From contig OY970309.1 in NCBI GenBank assembly GCA_963716395.1, positions 1,440,001 through 1,504,000 on the forward strand: a stretch of DNA of 64,000 bases, read 5' to 3'. A program made the position numbers and the translations under genes. This stretch comes from an uncultured Fibrobacteria bacterium. Its GTDB lineage: Bacteria > Fibrobacterota > Fibrobacteria > UBA11236. Of this stretch, positions 47,580 through 56,551 are shown in pieces; the stretch's first letter is position 1; each line of letters begins with the position of its first letter. The notes beneath the pieces were generated by a model, which was given only the letters and a program-made list of their open reading frames with translations, made no database searches and was not told the origin of the DNA.

Positions 47580-48311
47580 TCAGCGGCCTTCGGAAAGGCG
47601 GTTGATGAGGAATTCGGCCATGCCCAGCTTGCGCATGGCGGTCTGGGTCTTGCTGATGTCGTAGGCCACGCGCACGATTTCGACCGTCAGTTTTTCGGTG
47701 TCGCACAGGCACCAACTGGCCAGCGGGTTGCGGTCACGGGGTTGGCCCACGCTGCCATCGTTCACCAAAAGCCGCTGTCCCGGGTGCAAAGTGTGAAACA
47801 GGGTTTCGGAGACGCGGAACGATTGTTCGCCGTCCATGATCACGATGATGGGCCAGTGGGTATGGCCGATGAAGCAGATCTTCTCGTTGAAAAAAGAAAA
47901 GGCGTCGACGGCGTCGTCGAGGCTGGTGACGTATTTCCAGTCGGCCGGAGACCAGGGGCTGGCATGCACGAAAAAGAGCGGAGGTTCGGATATGACATAG
48001 GGCAATTTGCCCAGCATGTCCACCGTGGCCGGCGTCAGGATTTTGCTGGTCCATTCGATGGCGCGTTGGGCGTTGTAATTGTTCCACTCGTCGGAACTTT
48101 CGCGACCGATGGCGACGCTGTCGTGGTTGCCGAGAATGATGACGTCGCTTTCACGCGTTACGATTTCGACGCACTCGTTGGGATAGGGACCGTATCCCAC
48201 GATATCACCCAGGCACACCTTGCGTTCTACGCCGTAACGGGCCATCGATTCCAACACCCGTTGCAGTGCTTCGAGATTACCGTGGATGTCGGAAAAGATT
48301 CCGTACTTCAC
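47580..48311 (-). CDS. metallophosphoesterase (calcineurin-like)
   Basis: SDIHGN, GDIVGYG, GNHD, GHTH, GSVGQPRD. Confidence 0.92.
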   Translation of the reverse strand: MKYGIFSDIHGNLEALQRVLESMARYGVERKVCLGDIVGYGPYPNECVEIVTRESDVIILGNHDSVAIGRESSDEWNNYNAQRAIEWTSKILTPATVDMLGKLPYVISEPPLFFVHASPWSPADWKYVTSLDDAVDAFSFFNEKICFIGHTHWPIIVIMDGEQSFRVSETLFHTLHPGQRLLVNDGSVGQPRDRNPLASWCLCDTEKLTVEIVRVAYDISKTQTAMRKLGMAEFLINRLSEGR

Positions 48312-48366
48312 GGCAGAAATTATACCTCTGTGCCCGCACCTGGACCAGGGTCGAAGACCCGTCGGT

Positions 48367-50859
48367 TCAGCGATCCGCGCCAGCCACGGCGACGGGCGCG
48401 CTTTTGGCGCAGCGGAATCCCACTTTGTAATTGCGGAATCCGGGGCGGTTGGAAAAGCGCGCCGACAAATCCAGGCTTTGGCCTTCGCTGTACCAGCTTC
48501 CGCCGCGGATCACCTTGGCCTCGCCCGTGGACGGGCCTTTGGGATTCACCAGGTCGTCCTGCGAGTAAGGGCCGTACCAATCGTGGGTCCACTCGAATAC
48601 GTTGCCGGCCATGTCGTACAGGCCGTAGGCATTGGGTTTTAGCGACCCCACTTGCCAGGTGTGATCGTCGCTGTTTTCCCGGAAATGGGCGTAATCGGTG
48701 GCCGGGGCCCGGCCCCAATAAAAGGGGCCCGCAACCCCGCCGCGGGCGGCATATTCCCATTCGGCTTCGGTAGGCAGGCGGCCACCGATGTCGCGGCAAT
48801 ATTGATCGGCCTCGTCCCAGGTCACGCGTTCCACGGGCAGCGAGTCATGGGCGTGATAGGACGGGTTGTCCCCCATCACCCGCCGATAATCCTTTTGGAT
48901 CACCTCGAAGGGTTGGATGTAAAACGGCCCCACTACCACGGTGTAGCCGTCGGAGCGTTGGAAGCTGCCGCCCGGCAAATACACCATACCCTTGACCGGC
49001 GGTGCCGGGGCCGGAACCGGCGGATGGGCGGGACGGATGGTGGCATAGGTGAACCAACGGATGGGCCCTTCGCTGAAGCGGGTGCCTTCCACGTATTCGA
49101 CCTTCCAGAAATAGGTGCGGCCGGAATCCAGTTGCGTCAGCAGAAACGTCGTGTCGCGCAGCGACTGGGCTACGGGTTCCAGATGCGAGAACCGGATCCC
49201 GAGGTAGACGTTGAACACCCCGTCGGGGTGGCTCGGCGCAGGCGACTCCCAGGACAATCGCACCCCGGTGTCGGAACGGACTTCGCTGTCGGGTTGGACG
49301 GGTACGGGCACCGGCAATGGTAACGGCTGAGGTACGGGGGGGGTATAGGCCAGCCCGCCGGGCGGAAAGGCGGTGCCCGCGCCGTAGGCATTGACCCCGA
49401 TGAGCCGGAAGTGTTGTTCCAGGCCCGCAGGCAGGCCGGTTACGCGGAGCCGGTTTCCCACGGCCCGGGGGAGAACGGTTTCCCACGCTCCCGCGGCGTT
49501 CAGGCGCTGGACGATGAAATAGTCGGCCGGAGGTTCGGTTTGGCATTGCAAAAATACGCTGGCCGAATCCCCGCCCGTGATTTGCGCCCAGCCTTGCAGG
49601 GGCGGACTGATCCAAACGCGTTCGCGGTTGAAAAGCAGGAAATCCCGGTCCGGATCGGCATTGGCCGCCACCGGCGGCGCGTTCAAGAACAAGGCATCGC
49701 GCAACCAGGCCTGCCCGGCCTTGAGTCCCGGGGCTGCCGTGTCGGGCGCTGTCGAATCCGCCGGTGTCGGAGCCACCCGAACCAGGGGAGATACCGTCAG
49801 CAACGGCCCCGGCGCGACCCCCAGGGAAAATCGGAATTGGGGCTGCAAGGCCCATCCGAACGATCCATTTCCTTGCGCGCCGATGCGCGGCTTATCCGGC
49901 GAATTCTCCGACACCTCGACCGCAGGTTGCCAATGGTTGTATTGAAATCCCAAATCGGCGTCCAGGGCCTGGCGCACATGCACCGGGTCGGCCCAGGCCG
50001 TCAGGCTGTCTTCCAATCCGCGGGCTTCTTCGCTCAACGAAAAGCCTTCGGCAATCCGCAGGCAGAATCCGTGTCCGAGCGGAATGGAAAGGGTTTGGGA
50101 TTCGGGCAGGGAATCGGTGTGGATGAAGGCACCGGCGCCCCGCACGGTCGCGTCGAAAGCGGCGTCGATTTCCAGGGCGCCCTGAAGATGAAAAGCCATT
50201 TTCTCCAAGAGGCCGTTGTGTACGCGCAGCACGCCCGTCAAAACCGGCTGAAACAACATTTTGCCGTTGCGCAAATCCCCTTTCCAATCGATTTCGCCGC
50301 TGTCGGATCCGGCCGAAGCACCTTCGAAATGCCGGTCGCCGAGAATGGTGTTCAAATCCATGCGCACCTTGAAGCGGATTTCGCCTTCGAGCACGGCATC
50401 GTTGAAAAAGGCCGGTTGGGTTTTAATCCAAAACCGATTGGCGACGTTGCCGGCCGGGGCGAAGGAAAGCACTTTGACCAGCACCCCGCCCAATGCCGTA
50501 TCGCTCAACAAAACGCCGGGCTTGAGCGTCCAATCGGATGGCACTTCCAACAAAAAAGACAGCGAATCGTTGGCGTCGCGCTGGAGCAAGCGCGGCGATC
50601 CGGGCAAAGTGAGATCCCACAAGTCGGGTGATAAAGACAACGAGTCGCTTTCTTCGACAAAGGCCGCGGCGGCGAGACCGTAGCCTTCGATGCGCAGGGA
50701 AGAAAGGTCCGGCGTCACCACGGAGTCGTCGAACGTGAGCGAAACCAGGTGTCCGCCCACCTCGGCCTCTTCCACCTGCAACCCCGTATCCGCCGCATGG
50801 ATCCATGCGGGCGCCAGGCACAGCGGCAACAGCAGCAGCGGAGTCGAAAGGGAGTTCAT
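48367..50859 (-). CDS. large exported protein with FN3-like region and C-terminal FGE-sulfatase (SUMF1/C-lectin fold) domain
   Basis: Signal peptide; FN3-like (HFRLIGVNAYG, YFWKVE); FGE motifs PVERVTW, RLPTEAEWEYAARG, PNAYGLYDMAGNVFEW, RGGSW, GFRC. Confidence 0.85.
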   Translation of the reverse strand: MNSLSTPLLLLPLCLAPAWIHAADTGLQVEEAEVGGHLVSLTFDDSVVTPDLSSLRIEGYGLAAAAFVEESDSLSLSPDLWDLTLPGSPRLLQRDANDSLSFLLEVPSDWTLKPGVLLSDTALGGVLVKVLSFAPAGNVANRFWIKTQPAFFNDAVLEGEIRFKVRMDLNTILGDRHFEGASAGSDSGEIDWKGDLRNGKMLFQPVLTGVLRVHNGLLEKMAFHLQGALEIDAAFDATVRGAGAFIHTDSLPESQTLSIPLGHGFCLRIAEGFSLSEEARGLEDSLTAWADPVHVRQALDADLGFQYNHWQPAVEVSENSPDKPRIGAQGNGSFGWALQPQFRFSLGVAPGPLLTVSPLVRVAPTPADSTAPDTAAPGLKAGQAWLRDALFLNAPPVAANADPDRDFLLFNRERVWISPPLQGWAQITGGDSASVFLQCQTEPPADYFIVQRLNAAGAWETVLPRAVGNRLRVTGLPAGLEQHFRLIGVNAYGAGTAFPPGGLAYTPPVPQPLPLPVPVPVQPDSEVRSDTGVRLSWESPAPSHPDGVFNVYLGIRFSHLEPVAQSLRDTTFLLTQLDSGRTYFWKVEYVEGTRFSEGPIRWFTYATIRPAHPPVPAPAPPVKGMVYLPGGSFQRSDGYTVVVGPFYIQPFEVIQKDYRRVMGDNPSYHAHDSLPVERVTWDEADQYCRDIGGRLPTEAEWEYAARGGVAGPFYWGRAPATDYAHFRENSDDHTWQVGSLKPNAYGLYDMAGNVFEWTHDWYGPYSQDDLVNPKGPSTGEAKVIRGGSWYSEGQSLDLSARFSNRPGFRNYKVGFRCAKSAPVAVAGADR

Positions 50860-51395
50860 TTGACTTGGGCGATGACCTGGCGCGTCACGATGTTCCCGTC
50901 CACGCGCAAGGCCACCAACTTCAACCCGCGGGGATTGATTTCCTTAGGTAATTCGGGTTGGAGAATCATTTCTCCGCGCGGACATTGGCCCGCGAACAGG
51001 GTTCCGAGGTTTTTCCCGTAAAGGTCCAGCAGCAGCACTTCGACGTCAGCGGGTTGGGGCAAGGTGATGCGCACCCATACCTGATGCGGCCCGAGCGACT
51101 TCACCGTCATGCCCAGCGTCAACTGCGCCGTATCGCGGGATGCCTGACCCGGCGTGGCGGCGGTGGCGGTGGTGTCGGCCAATTGCAGTACCGTTTTGAG
51201 ATCGCGCGTTTCTCCGTGCGCATTGGTCACGGCCGGAAGAATCACCTCGCTGGTTACCGGCCGCAGGGGATCGCGCAGCAGCAGAATCAGGCGTTGCTTG
51301 TCCGCATGCACAAACGGCGCGCCCAAAAAGACCGCAGCGGCAAACAGAGCCGGAAACCGGCGCGTGATTCCGACTCGTTGGTTGCGGCGTTTCAT
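50856..51395 (-). CDS. exported protein consisting largely of a Por/T9SS-like C-terminal sorting domain
   Basis: Signal peptide (..APFVHA); last ~70 aa VRITLPQPADVEVLLLDLYGKNLGTLFAG...RGLKLVALRVDGNIVTRQV resemble a CTD; ATGA overlap with the next gene. Confidence 0.6.
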   Translation of the reverse strand: MKRRNQRVGITRRFPALFAAAVFLGAPFVHADKQRLILLLRDPLRPVTSEVILPAVTNAHGETRDLKTVLQLADTTATAATPGQASRDTAQLTLGMTVKSLGPHQVWVRITLPQPADVEVLLLDLYGKNLGTLFAGQCPRGEMILQPELPKEINPRGLKLVALRVDGNIVTRQVIAQVK

Positions 51396-51620
51396 TGCAG
51401 TCCTATGCGAAAAATCGGCTTACTCCGAAGAGACTTGGGGGGGAGAGAATACTTAATAGTATATCCCGAAAGTCCGCAATAAGTATGAAATTAAATCTGG
51501 CGGAATATCCGCCGGTATGCTAAAATCGTCAAGGAATCGACGATTTCACCGAAATTGAAAATCGCATTGGAAGAGATGTGACGAGTTTTTAACTTTTATT
51601 CTAGCTCGCTTGATAAAAAG

Positions 51621-53147
51621 ATGATCTCGAAAGCCCCGGAAACTCCCAAAAGGCCCGGCTCCGGCAGTAAGGCGACCCGTGACTTGGCGGCCGCGGTGCA
51701 AACCCAGCGCCGCGACTTCGAGTCGACGCCGGCCGCGCCGGTGCGCATCATCCGGCTTCGGCATTACCGGACAATTCTCACCGCGCTGCAAATTTTAGGC
51801 GATACCACTTCGATTCTCGGCAGCTTTTTGTTGGGGTATTTTCAATGGCAATGGTTGGGCCCACGCTTGGCCATCGACGTGTACGAGGCCGAGCCCTTCT
51901 CCCAATATTATCTGTTTCTCGGTGTCAGTATCATCACGACTTTGGTCGGCATGCAAAGCCACGGGTTGTACAAACCCAACCGCAGCCTGATGAACGTCCG
52001 CGAATTCGAGCTCTTGCTCATGACCTGGGCCAAAGCCTCGCTGTTCGCCGTTGCCATCCTGTTTCTGGCGCACGAGTTGTATTTCAGCCGCGGCATTTTC
52101 GTCTTGACCTGGGCCAATCTGCTCTTTTTGCTGTGGTGCGAACGCTACGGGTTTTTCAAATTCAACAACTTTCTGCACCGCAAAGGCTTTGTCGAAACCA
52201 CCTGCCTGGTGTACGGCACGGGCGAAATGGGCCGCAAGTTGCTGGAAAAGTTTCGCGATTCCCCCAAGTTGGGGTTGCATGTGGCGGGTTTTATCGAAGA
52301 CGATCCCAATCAATTGGGAAAAAGCATCAAAGGCGTGCCGGTGCTGGGAGATTTTTCCCGCTTGGGCAGAGTGATCCGCGAATCCGGCGCCCAAAAGTTA
52401 TTCATCGCCCTGACCCAGGTTCCCTCGCGGGTGGTCATCGACATCCTTGACGTCTGCCGCGAAACCGGCTGCGATTTTCAAATCGTGCCCTCGTTGTACG
52501 ACATCGTGATCCAGCGCGTGAAGGTCACCGAATTGGAAGGCATTCCCCTCATCGGATTGACCGAGCCGCGCTATTCCCTGCGCACCCGCATCGTCAAACG
52601 CAGTGTCGATTTCGTCGGCTCGCTGATCCTGCTCGCCGCTTTGAGCCCCGTCTTCATGGTGATGGCCGCGCTGGTAAAATTGACCAGCAAAGGCCCGATT
52701 ATTTTCGTGCAGAAGCGCGTGGGTCTCAAAGGCCGGCGCTTCCGCTTTTACAAATTCCGCTCCATGTATGTCGACGCGCCCATGTATGCGGTGACGCCGC
52801 AAAGCGGGCGCGACCCGCGCATCACGCCCGTCGGCCGGTTTCTGCGCCGCACTTCGCTCGACGAATTGCCGCAGCTCTGGAGCGTGCTCAAGGGCGACAT
52901 GAGCTTGGTCGGGCCGCGGCCGGAAATGCCCTTCATCGTGGCCAAATACAGCGATTTACAGCGCCAACGCCTCAACGTCAAACCGGGCATCACCGGACTG
53001 TGGCAAATCAGCGCCGACCGCAAAAACGCCATCCACGAAAACATGGATTACGACATCTACTACATCAACAACCAGAGCTTTTTGCTCGACGTCGTGATTC
53101 TCTTGCGCACCGTGTGGAGTTGCTTCGTGGGCGTGGGCGCCCACTAA
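51621..53147 (+). CDS. polyprenyl-phosphate glycosyl-1-phosphate transferase (WcaJ/WbaP family)
   Basis: N-terminal TM helices, Rossmann-like LVYGTG, KFRSM, DPRITPVGRFLRRTSLDELPQL, GDMSLVGPRPE, KPGITGLWQ. Confidence 0.93.
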   Translation: MISKAPETPKRPGSGSKATRDLAAAVQTQRRDFESTPAAPVRIIRLRHYRTILTALQILGDTTSILGSFLLGYFQWQWLGPRLAIDVYEAEPFSQYYLFLGVSIITTLVGMQSHGLYKPNRSLMNVREFELLLMTWAKASLFAVAILFLAHELYFSRGIFVLTWANLLFLLWCERYGFFKFNNFLHRKGFVETTCLVYGTGEMGRKLLEKFRDSPKLGLHVAGFIEDDPNQLGKSIKGVPVLGDFSRLGRVIRESGAQKLFIALTQVPSRVVIDILDVCRETGCDFQIVPSLYDIVIQRVKVTELEGIPLIGLTEPRYSLRTRIVKRSVDFVGSLILLAALSPVFMVMAALVKLTSKGPIIFVQKRVGLKGRRFRFYKFRSMYVDAPMYAVTPQSGRDPRITPVGRFLRRTSLDELPQLWSVLKGDMSLVGPRPEMPFIVAKYSDLQRQRLNVKPGITGLWQISADRKNAIHENMDYDIYYINNQSFLLDVVILLRTVWSCFVGVGAH

Positions 53148-53169
53148 ACCCTCGCCGCCTTCGCCCCTT

Positions 53170-54351
53170 TCAGGGCGGCGCCCCGAACTCGAAAACCTCG
53201 CCGTCGTTTTCAATCACCAGCCGGTTTTCCAGCGGCCCGGCTTCGATGCGGCCGATGACGCGCGCCGCAATTCCGAATTCATTCGACACCGAAATCACAT
53301 CGGAAACCAAGGCCGGCGCGCAGGCGATTTCCAGGCGGTGGCCCATGTTCAGCGACCGGAGCAACTCGCGGGAGCTCAAATGCGACTGCCGCTGCAGGAG
53401 TCGGAACAGGGGGGGCGGCGGGAACAAAGCGTCTTTCACGTAGGTAAGCCCCCGGCCGAAGCGCAGGCATTTGGTTTGACCGCCACCGGTGTTGTGGAAA
53501 ACGAAGGCTACGGCGTCGCGCCTCGTGGCATACAATTTCGCCAGCACCGGGGCATAGGTGCGCGTGGGGGAAAGCAGGGCTTCACCCACGCAGAGTTCGG
53601 ATTCCGGCAGGGGATCTCGTAGGCGAAAGGGGCCGACATAGGCCAAGTCGGTGATTTCCGGCGCAAAGGCCTCGGGATAAAGCGTGCGGTAATGGGGCGA
53701 TAGCAATTCATGGCGCACCGAAGTCAGCCCGTTGCTGCCGATGCCGGAGTTTTCGCGCGGTTCGTACACGGCGCGGCCGAAAGAGGCCAGGCCCACCAGA
53801 ACCAATCCCGGCCGCAAGCGTTCTCCCGCAAAGACATGCCGGCGTTGCATGCGCGTGACCAAGGTCGAATCGACCACCAAAGTGCGCACGGCATCGCCGA
53901 GATCGGCGGTTTCGCCGCCGCCGCTGTGGATTTCGATTCCGTAGCGGCCCAGCATCTCGCCGCAGGCGCGGTAGCCGGCGATGATTTCCGCCAGCACTTC
54001 GCCGGGAATGCGTTTGGCGTTGCGTCCGATGGTGTTGGAAAGCAGAAATGGCCCCGTGGCTCCGGCGCAGAACAGATCGTCGAGATTCATGACCAGGCTG
54101 TCTTGCGCCAGTCCGCGGAACACCGAAGCGTCGCCGGTTTCGCGCCACCATAAATAGGCGGCTATGGCTTTGGTGCCTGCGCCATCGGCGTGGATAAGAA
54201 GGCAATGATCCGGGCTGCCGCCCAAGGCGTCGGGCAACACCTTGCAAAACGCGCCGGGGAAAAGACCCGGGGACTCGTGACTCAGGGCGGCATGCACTTC
54301 GCTTTTGTCCGCCGAAGCACCGCGGTCTTCATAGCGCAAAGAGTCTACCAC
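53170..54351 (-). CDS. purM: phosphoribosylformylglycinamidine cyclo-ligase (AIR synthase), Bacteroidetes-like type
   Basis: RGASADKSEVH, HADGAGTK, MNLDD, GGETAD, GSNGLT, LLSPTRTY, NMGHRLE; GTG start 54351. Confidence 0.88.
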   Translation of the reverse strand: MVDSLRYEDRGASADKSEVHAALSHESPGLFPGAFCKVLPDALGGSPDHCLLIHADGAGTKAIAAYLWWRETGDASVFRGLAQDSLVMNLDDLFCAGATGPFLLSNTIGRNAKRIPGEVLAEIIAGYRACGEMLGRYGIEIHSGGGETADLGDAVRTLVVDSTLVTRMQRRHVFAGERLRPGLVLVGLASFGRAVYEPRENSGIGSNGLTSVRHELLSPHYRTLYPEAFAPEITDLAYVGPFRLRDPLPESELCVGEALLSPTRTYAPVLAKLYATRRDAVAFVFHNTGGGQTKCLRFGRGLTYVKDALFPPPPLFRLLQRQSHLSSRELLRSLNMGHRLEIACAPALVSDVISVSNEFGIAARVIGRIEAGPLENRLVIENDGEVFEFGAPP

Positions 54352-54448
54352 GGCGCAAATATACCCTCGGGCCGTCGCGCGTCTCGTTGCGAATTTTTCT
54401 TTTCGCCGCCATTTCCCCGCAGGCGGATCAATTACTTTTGCTGTCGCA

Positions 54449-54850
54449 ATGGGAATGCAATCCGCAGCCCGAGGGGCAATAGGTTCGATCTGCGTGATCG
54501 GGTTCTGCGCGTGCGGGCCCAACCTGGCGTTTCTGGCCAACCGCAGTCAAAGCGAAGCGCAGACGCTGCAGAAATACTGCTCGCGAGCTAATGTGCAGGG
54601 CCAGGAAATCGCCCAAGCCAACACCCTTCTCAGTCAAAGCCTCGCCCTGTCGCAGGACGGCAAGGCCGAAAAATCGCGCACGGCTTCGGAGCAGGCTGTC
54701 GGGTTGTATCGCGTGGCCCTGGCCCGCGCCGACAAGGAAAAAACCGAAGCCGACGCCGCTGCGGCCGACAGCGCCCTGGGTCAGGACAAAACCCGCCTGG
54801 CGGCCTACCGCGAAATATTGGATGAGATGAAAAGCATGGGGAAACCATGA
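54449..54850 (+). CDS. putative helical lipoprotein (DUF4398-like)
   Basis: Lipobox-like GFCAC, Ala-rich coiled-coil; ATGA overlap with the OmpA-family gene. Confidence 0.6.
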   Translation: MGMQSAARGAIGSICVIGFCACGPNLAFLANRSQSEAQTLQKYCSRANVQGQEIAQANTLLSQSLALSQDGKAEKSRTASEQAVGLYRVALARADKEKTEADAAAADSALGQDKTRLAAYREILDEMKSMGKP

Positions 54851-55725
54851 GGAGCTTGGTTTGTACGGCCTTGGTGATGGCGACCGGAATGGGTACCCGC
54901 ACAATGGCGGCGGCCGCCAATTCCGAACCCGGCCTCGCGGGTTTGGAAGCCCGATTGGAGCAGGCTGTAAAAACATTGGGGCCGAACGCACGGCCGCCGG
55001 AATATTATGTCGAAGCCCAAGGCAAGCTGCACGAAACCGAGGCGCTGATCGCCGCGGATCCAAATTCCGAGGAGAGGCCGGCGTGGGAAAGCGCTTGCAG
55101 TTCCTATGTCGTCGCGGCCGAATTGCAAATCCAGGCGGCGGACGCCAAGGCCAAATTGGATCAAACCAACGCCGAGCGTCTGGCCGTGCTCACCGATCAA
55201 GGCAATGTCCTAGATTCGATTTACCGCATGGAGCGCGGGAATTCCTCATCCTTGCGCGCCGATCTGGAAGAACAAAAACGCAAAATCGCCCAGGCCCGCG
55301 AAGAGGCGGAGAAACGCTTTAACGCCCTGAACAGCGCGCTGATCCAGGTGCGGCAGGATGCGCGGGGAACCATCATCTCGATGTCCGACATTCTCTTTGC
55401 GGTGGGTAAAGCCGATCTGACCGAGAGCCTCAAAACCAGCCTGGCCAAGATTGCCGGCATTCTGACCATTTACAAAGACGCCAATATTTCGGTGGAAGGA
55501 CACACCGACAATGTCGGCACCGCCGAGTTTAATCAGAAGCTGTCGGAGAAACGCGCTGAAAACGTGATGAATTTCCTCATCAATCCCGGCGGTATCGATG
55601 CCAGCCGATTGACTGCCATCGGCTACGGTTTCAGCAAACCCATCGCCGACAATTCCACCAAAGAGGGCCGCCAGAAAAACCGGCGGGTCGATTTGGTGAT
55701 TATGGACAAAACTCCCGCGCCGTAA
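54847..55725 (+). CDS. OmpA-family peptidoglycan-binding protein with coiled-coil N-terminus
   Basis: RGTIISMSDILF, VEGHTDNVG, NQKLSEKRA, GYG..KPIADN...GRQKNRRV. Confidence 0.92.
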   Translation: MRSLVCTALVMATGMGTRTMAAAANSEPGLAGLEARLEQAVKTLGPNARPPEYYVEAQGKLHETEALIAADPNSEERPAWESACSSYVVAAELQIQAADAKAKLDQTNAERLAVLTDQGNVLDSIYRMERGNSSSLRADLEEQKRKIAQAREEAEKRFNALNSALIQVRQDARGTIISMSDILFAVGKADLTESLKTSLAKIAGILTIYKDANISVEGHTDNVGTAEFNQKLSEKRAENVMNFLINPGGIDASRLTAIGYGFSKPIADNSTKEGRQKNRRVDLVIMDKTPAP

Positions 55726-55762
55726 AATCCCGGAATGCCAAGGCTGCGCGGCGCCGGCAGCA

Positions 55763-56551
55763 TCAACCCGCGCCGGTGCTCCCGCGTTCTTGCTCCAAGC
55801 CGAGCCAAGAGCCGCAGCCGTAATCGCGGTTCATACGCGCGATGTGCTCCACTGAAATCTCCTTGGGGCAGGCGGCTTCGCATTCATAGTGGTTGGAGCA
55901 ATTGCCGAAACCGAGTTCATCCATTTTGGCCACCATGCGGGCCGCGCGGCGTTCGCGTTCGGGCTGGCCTTGCGGCAGTCGGCCCAGATGCGACACCTTG
56001 GCGGCCGTGAACAGCATGGCCGAAGCGTTGGGGCAGGCCGCCACGCAGGCGCCGCAGCCGATACAGGCCGCCGCATCCATGGCGGCGTCGGCGTCGCATT
56101 TGCGCACAGGCAAGGCGTTGGCGTCGGGCGCGCCGCCAGCATTGACCGAGATGAATCCGCCGGCCGCGATGATTTGATCGAGCGCGCCGCGATCCACCAC
56201 CAAATCACGCAGCACGGGAAAGGCGCGCGAGCGCCAGGGTTCGACGGTGATGGTCTGCCCATCCTGAAAACTGCGCATGAACAATTGGCACACCGTGGTG
56301 CCTTTTTCCGGGCCATGCGGCAGGCCGTTCACCACCAGCGAGCAGGTGCCGCAAATGCCTTCGCGGCAATCGCTCTCGAACGCGAAGGGCTCTTCGCCTT
56401 TGCGGACGAGATCGTTGTTCACCTCGTCGAGCATTTCCAGGAACGACATGTCGGGAGCCACGTTCTTGGCTTCGTATTCCCGGAAGCCGCCGGGAGACTG
56501 CGCGTCTTTTTGCTTCCAGATGCGGAGGTGGAGATTCAGGGTGCCGCTCAT
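55763..56551 (-). CDS. sdhB: succinate dehydrogenase/fumarate reductase iron-sulfur subunit
   Basis: [34 protein letters not shown]; start ATG 56551. Confidence 0.95.
   Translation of the reverse strand: MSGTLNLHLRIWKQKDAQSPGGFREYEAKNVAPDMSFLEMLDEVNNDLVRKGEEPFAFESDCREGICGTCSLVVNGLPHGPEKGTTVCQLFMRSFQDGQTITVEPWRSRAFPVLRDLVVDRGALDQIIAAGGFISVNAGGAPDANALPVRKCDADAAMDAAACIGCGACVAACPNASAMLFTAAKVSHLGRLPQGQPERERRAARMVAKMDELGFGNCSNHYECEAACPKEISVEHIARMNRDYGCGSWLGLEQERGSTGAG

Noticed and set aside
48367-48520. FGE/C-lectin C-terminus as the variable region of a diversity-generating retroelement
   Set aside because: No reverse transcriptase or Avd-like gene, and I noticed no adenine-variant template-repeat copy in the window. 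A remote DGR elsewhere in the genome cannot be excluded.
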